A stretch of 63,788 nucleotides of DNA, the filler included, from Peribolospora baueri (Eukaryota), in NCBI GenBank assembly GCA_029717555.1. It is 5 parts of 5 records of this genome, joined end to end, with 100 filler letters (N's around TTAATTAATTAA, not from the genome) between each part and the next. Parts side by side here need not be neighbours in the genome. Positions count along the whole stretch, not along the records: positions 55,699 to 63,788 come from JAMDHS010000189.1; 4 more parts are not named here. One strand, given 5' to 3'. Shown piece after piece: positions 63,161 to 63,788 of this stretch. A program made the position numbers and the translations under genes. The notes under the pieces are model-generated. The model saw only the letters and a program-made list of their open reading frames with translations, was not told the DNA's origin and did not search any database. Each line of letters begins with the position of its first letter. The stretch's first letter is position 1.

Positions 63161-63539
63161 GCCAATTCGTCGCTTCTCGCCTTGAGGGCCGGATTGGAAG
63201 CCACGAATGCCAGCCTTGACGCCTAGGTGGACATGAACGCCTCTGGAGTCGAGGACCCGAAGGGCACGTTGAGAAACGGAGGGTTTCAGGCGAGCTTATA
63301 TAGCTCGACGGTCGTTTCTTGTTTGAGAGAGCGTACGTACGTCCCGTCCAGTGACACGAGCACCTCGAGCTCGGGTCGTCTATGAGGAGACATGGTACCA
63401 CGGCTCAAGGAGGGTCCGAGAGCATGGCTACGTCCCGATTGCATGTGCACGGCCCTATGCGAAATGCGAAACGAGACTCAACCGTCGCCGGGATACACTG
63501 GCGATGAAAGCGGACTCGTCACTTGTCCTTCCTGCGCAC

Positions 63540-63788
63540 TCAGTTGGCCTTTGGCGGCGCAGTAAGCACTTCGCAACCATCTTCGGTGATGAGGATGGTC
63601 TCCTCGAACTGGGCGCTGCGCTTTCCGTCCAACGTCGCCGCGGTCCAGTCGTCAGGCCACCTGGTGTCACCCGGGTCAGGGCCGAGGTTGATCATTGGCT
63701 CGATGGTGAAGACGTGGCCCGGCTTCATGAAACCGACTGCTTTCTTGCTCTTGTAGTGGTAGATGTTGGGCGCGCGGGAATGGAAGAG
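63540..63788 (-). CDS. MAP1: Methionine aminopeptidase type 1, 3' end only
   Basis: LFH..PNIYHY...[16 protein letters not shown]...[33 protein letters not shown]. Confidence 0.9.
   Translation of the reverse strand, partial: LFHSRAPNIYHYKSKKAVGFMKPGHVFTIEPMINLGPDPGDTRWPDDWTAATLDGKRSAQFEETILITEDGCEVLTAPPKAN

Noticed and set aside
63540..63788. FEET instead of FEHT in MetAP as an inactivating change
   Set aside because: The metal-ligand Glu residues (TIEP, QFE) are intact, so there is no evidence of lost function

Overview
GC-rich, intron-rich fungal genomic DNA. It is most likely basidiomycete, inferred from gene content and intron style. The window is not one contiguous locus: four identical 100-bp artificial spacers (N44-TTAATTAATTAA-N44) join five contigs apparently sorted by decreasing size, so adjacency across spacers means nothing. 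Contig 1 has a DHA2-type MFS transporter, an LSM/Mak31-like gene and a large homeodomain transcription factor behind a ~5.6-kb microsatellite-rich intergenic region. Contig 2 has a hypothetical gene and a divergent TFIIIC B-block subunit / ARP5 pair. Contig 3 has a secreted Kex2-processed repeat precursor, a myotubularin and a truncated ABCB transporter. Contig 4 has PRP40, NOP16, an APSES-ankyrin (Mbp1/Swi4-type) factor, an intron-containing tRNA-Leu(AAG) with a rearranged tRNA-derived copy, and an APH-like kinase, with inverted copies of a ~150-bp repeat near both ends. Contig 5 is accessory-like: an LTR-abutted NACHT NLR, a decayed HMA/Cu-ATPase fragment, an intronless NmrA-like gene, a chromovirus relic, an AIF-like fragment and the MAP1 3' end. 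The best candidate for an undescribed system is the repeat precursor at 28768-29597. Its KR cleavage would release peptides starting W-Y-H (ATCUN Cu/Ni-binding consensus) with a His/Asp cluster and a repellent/amyloid-like hydrophobic tail. All calls come from reading the sequence; no database searches were run.
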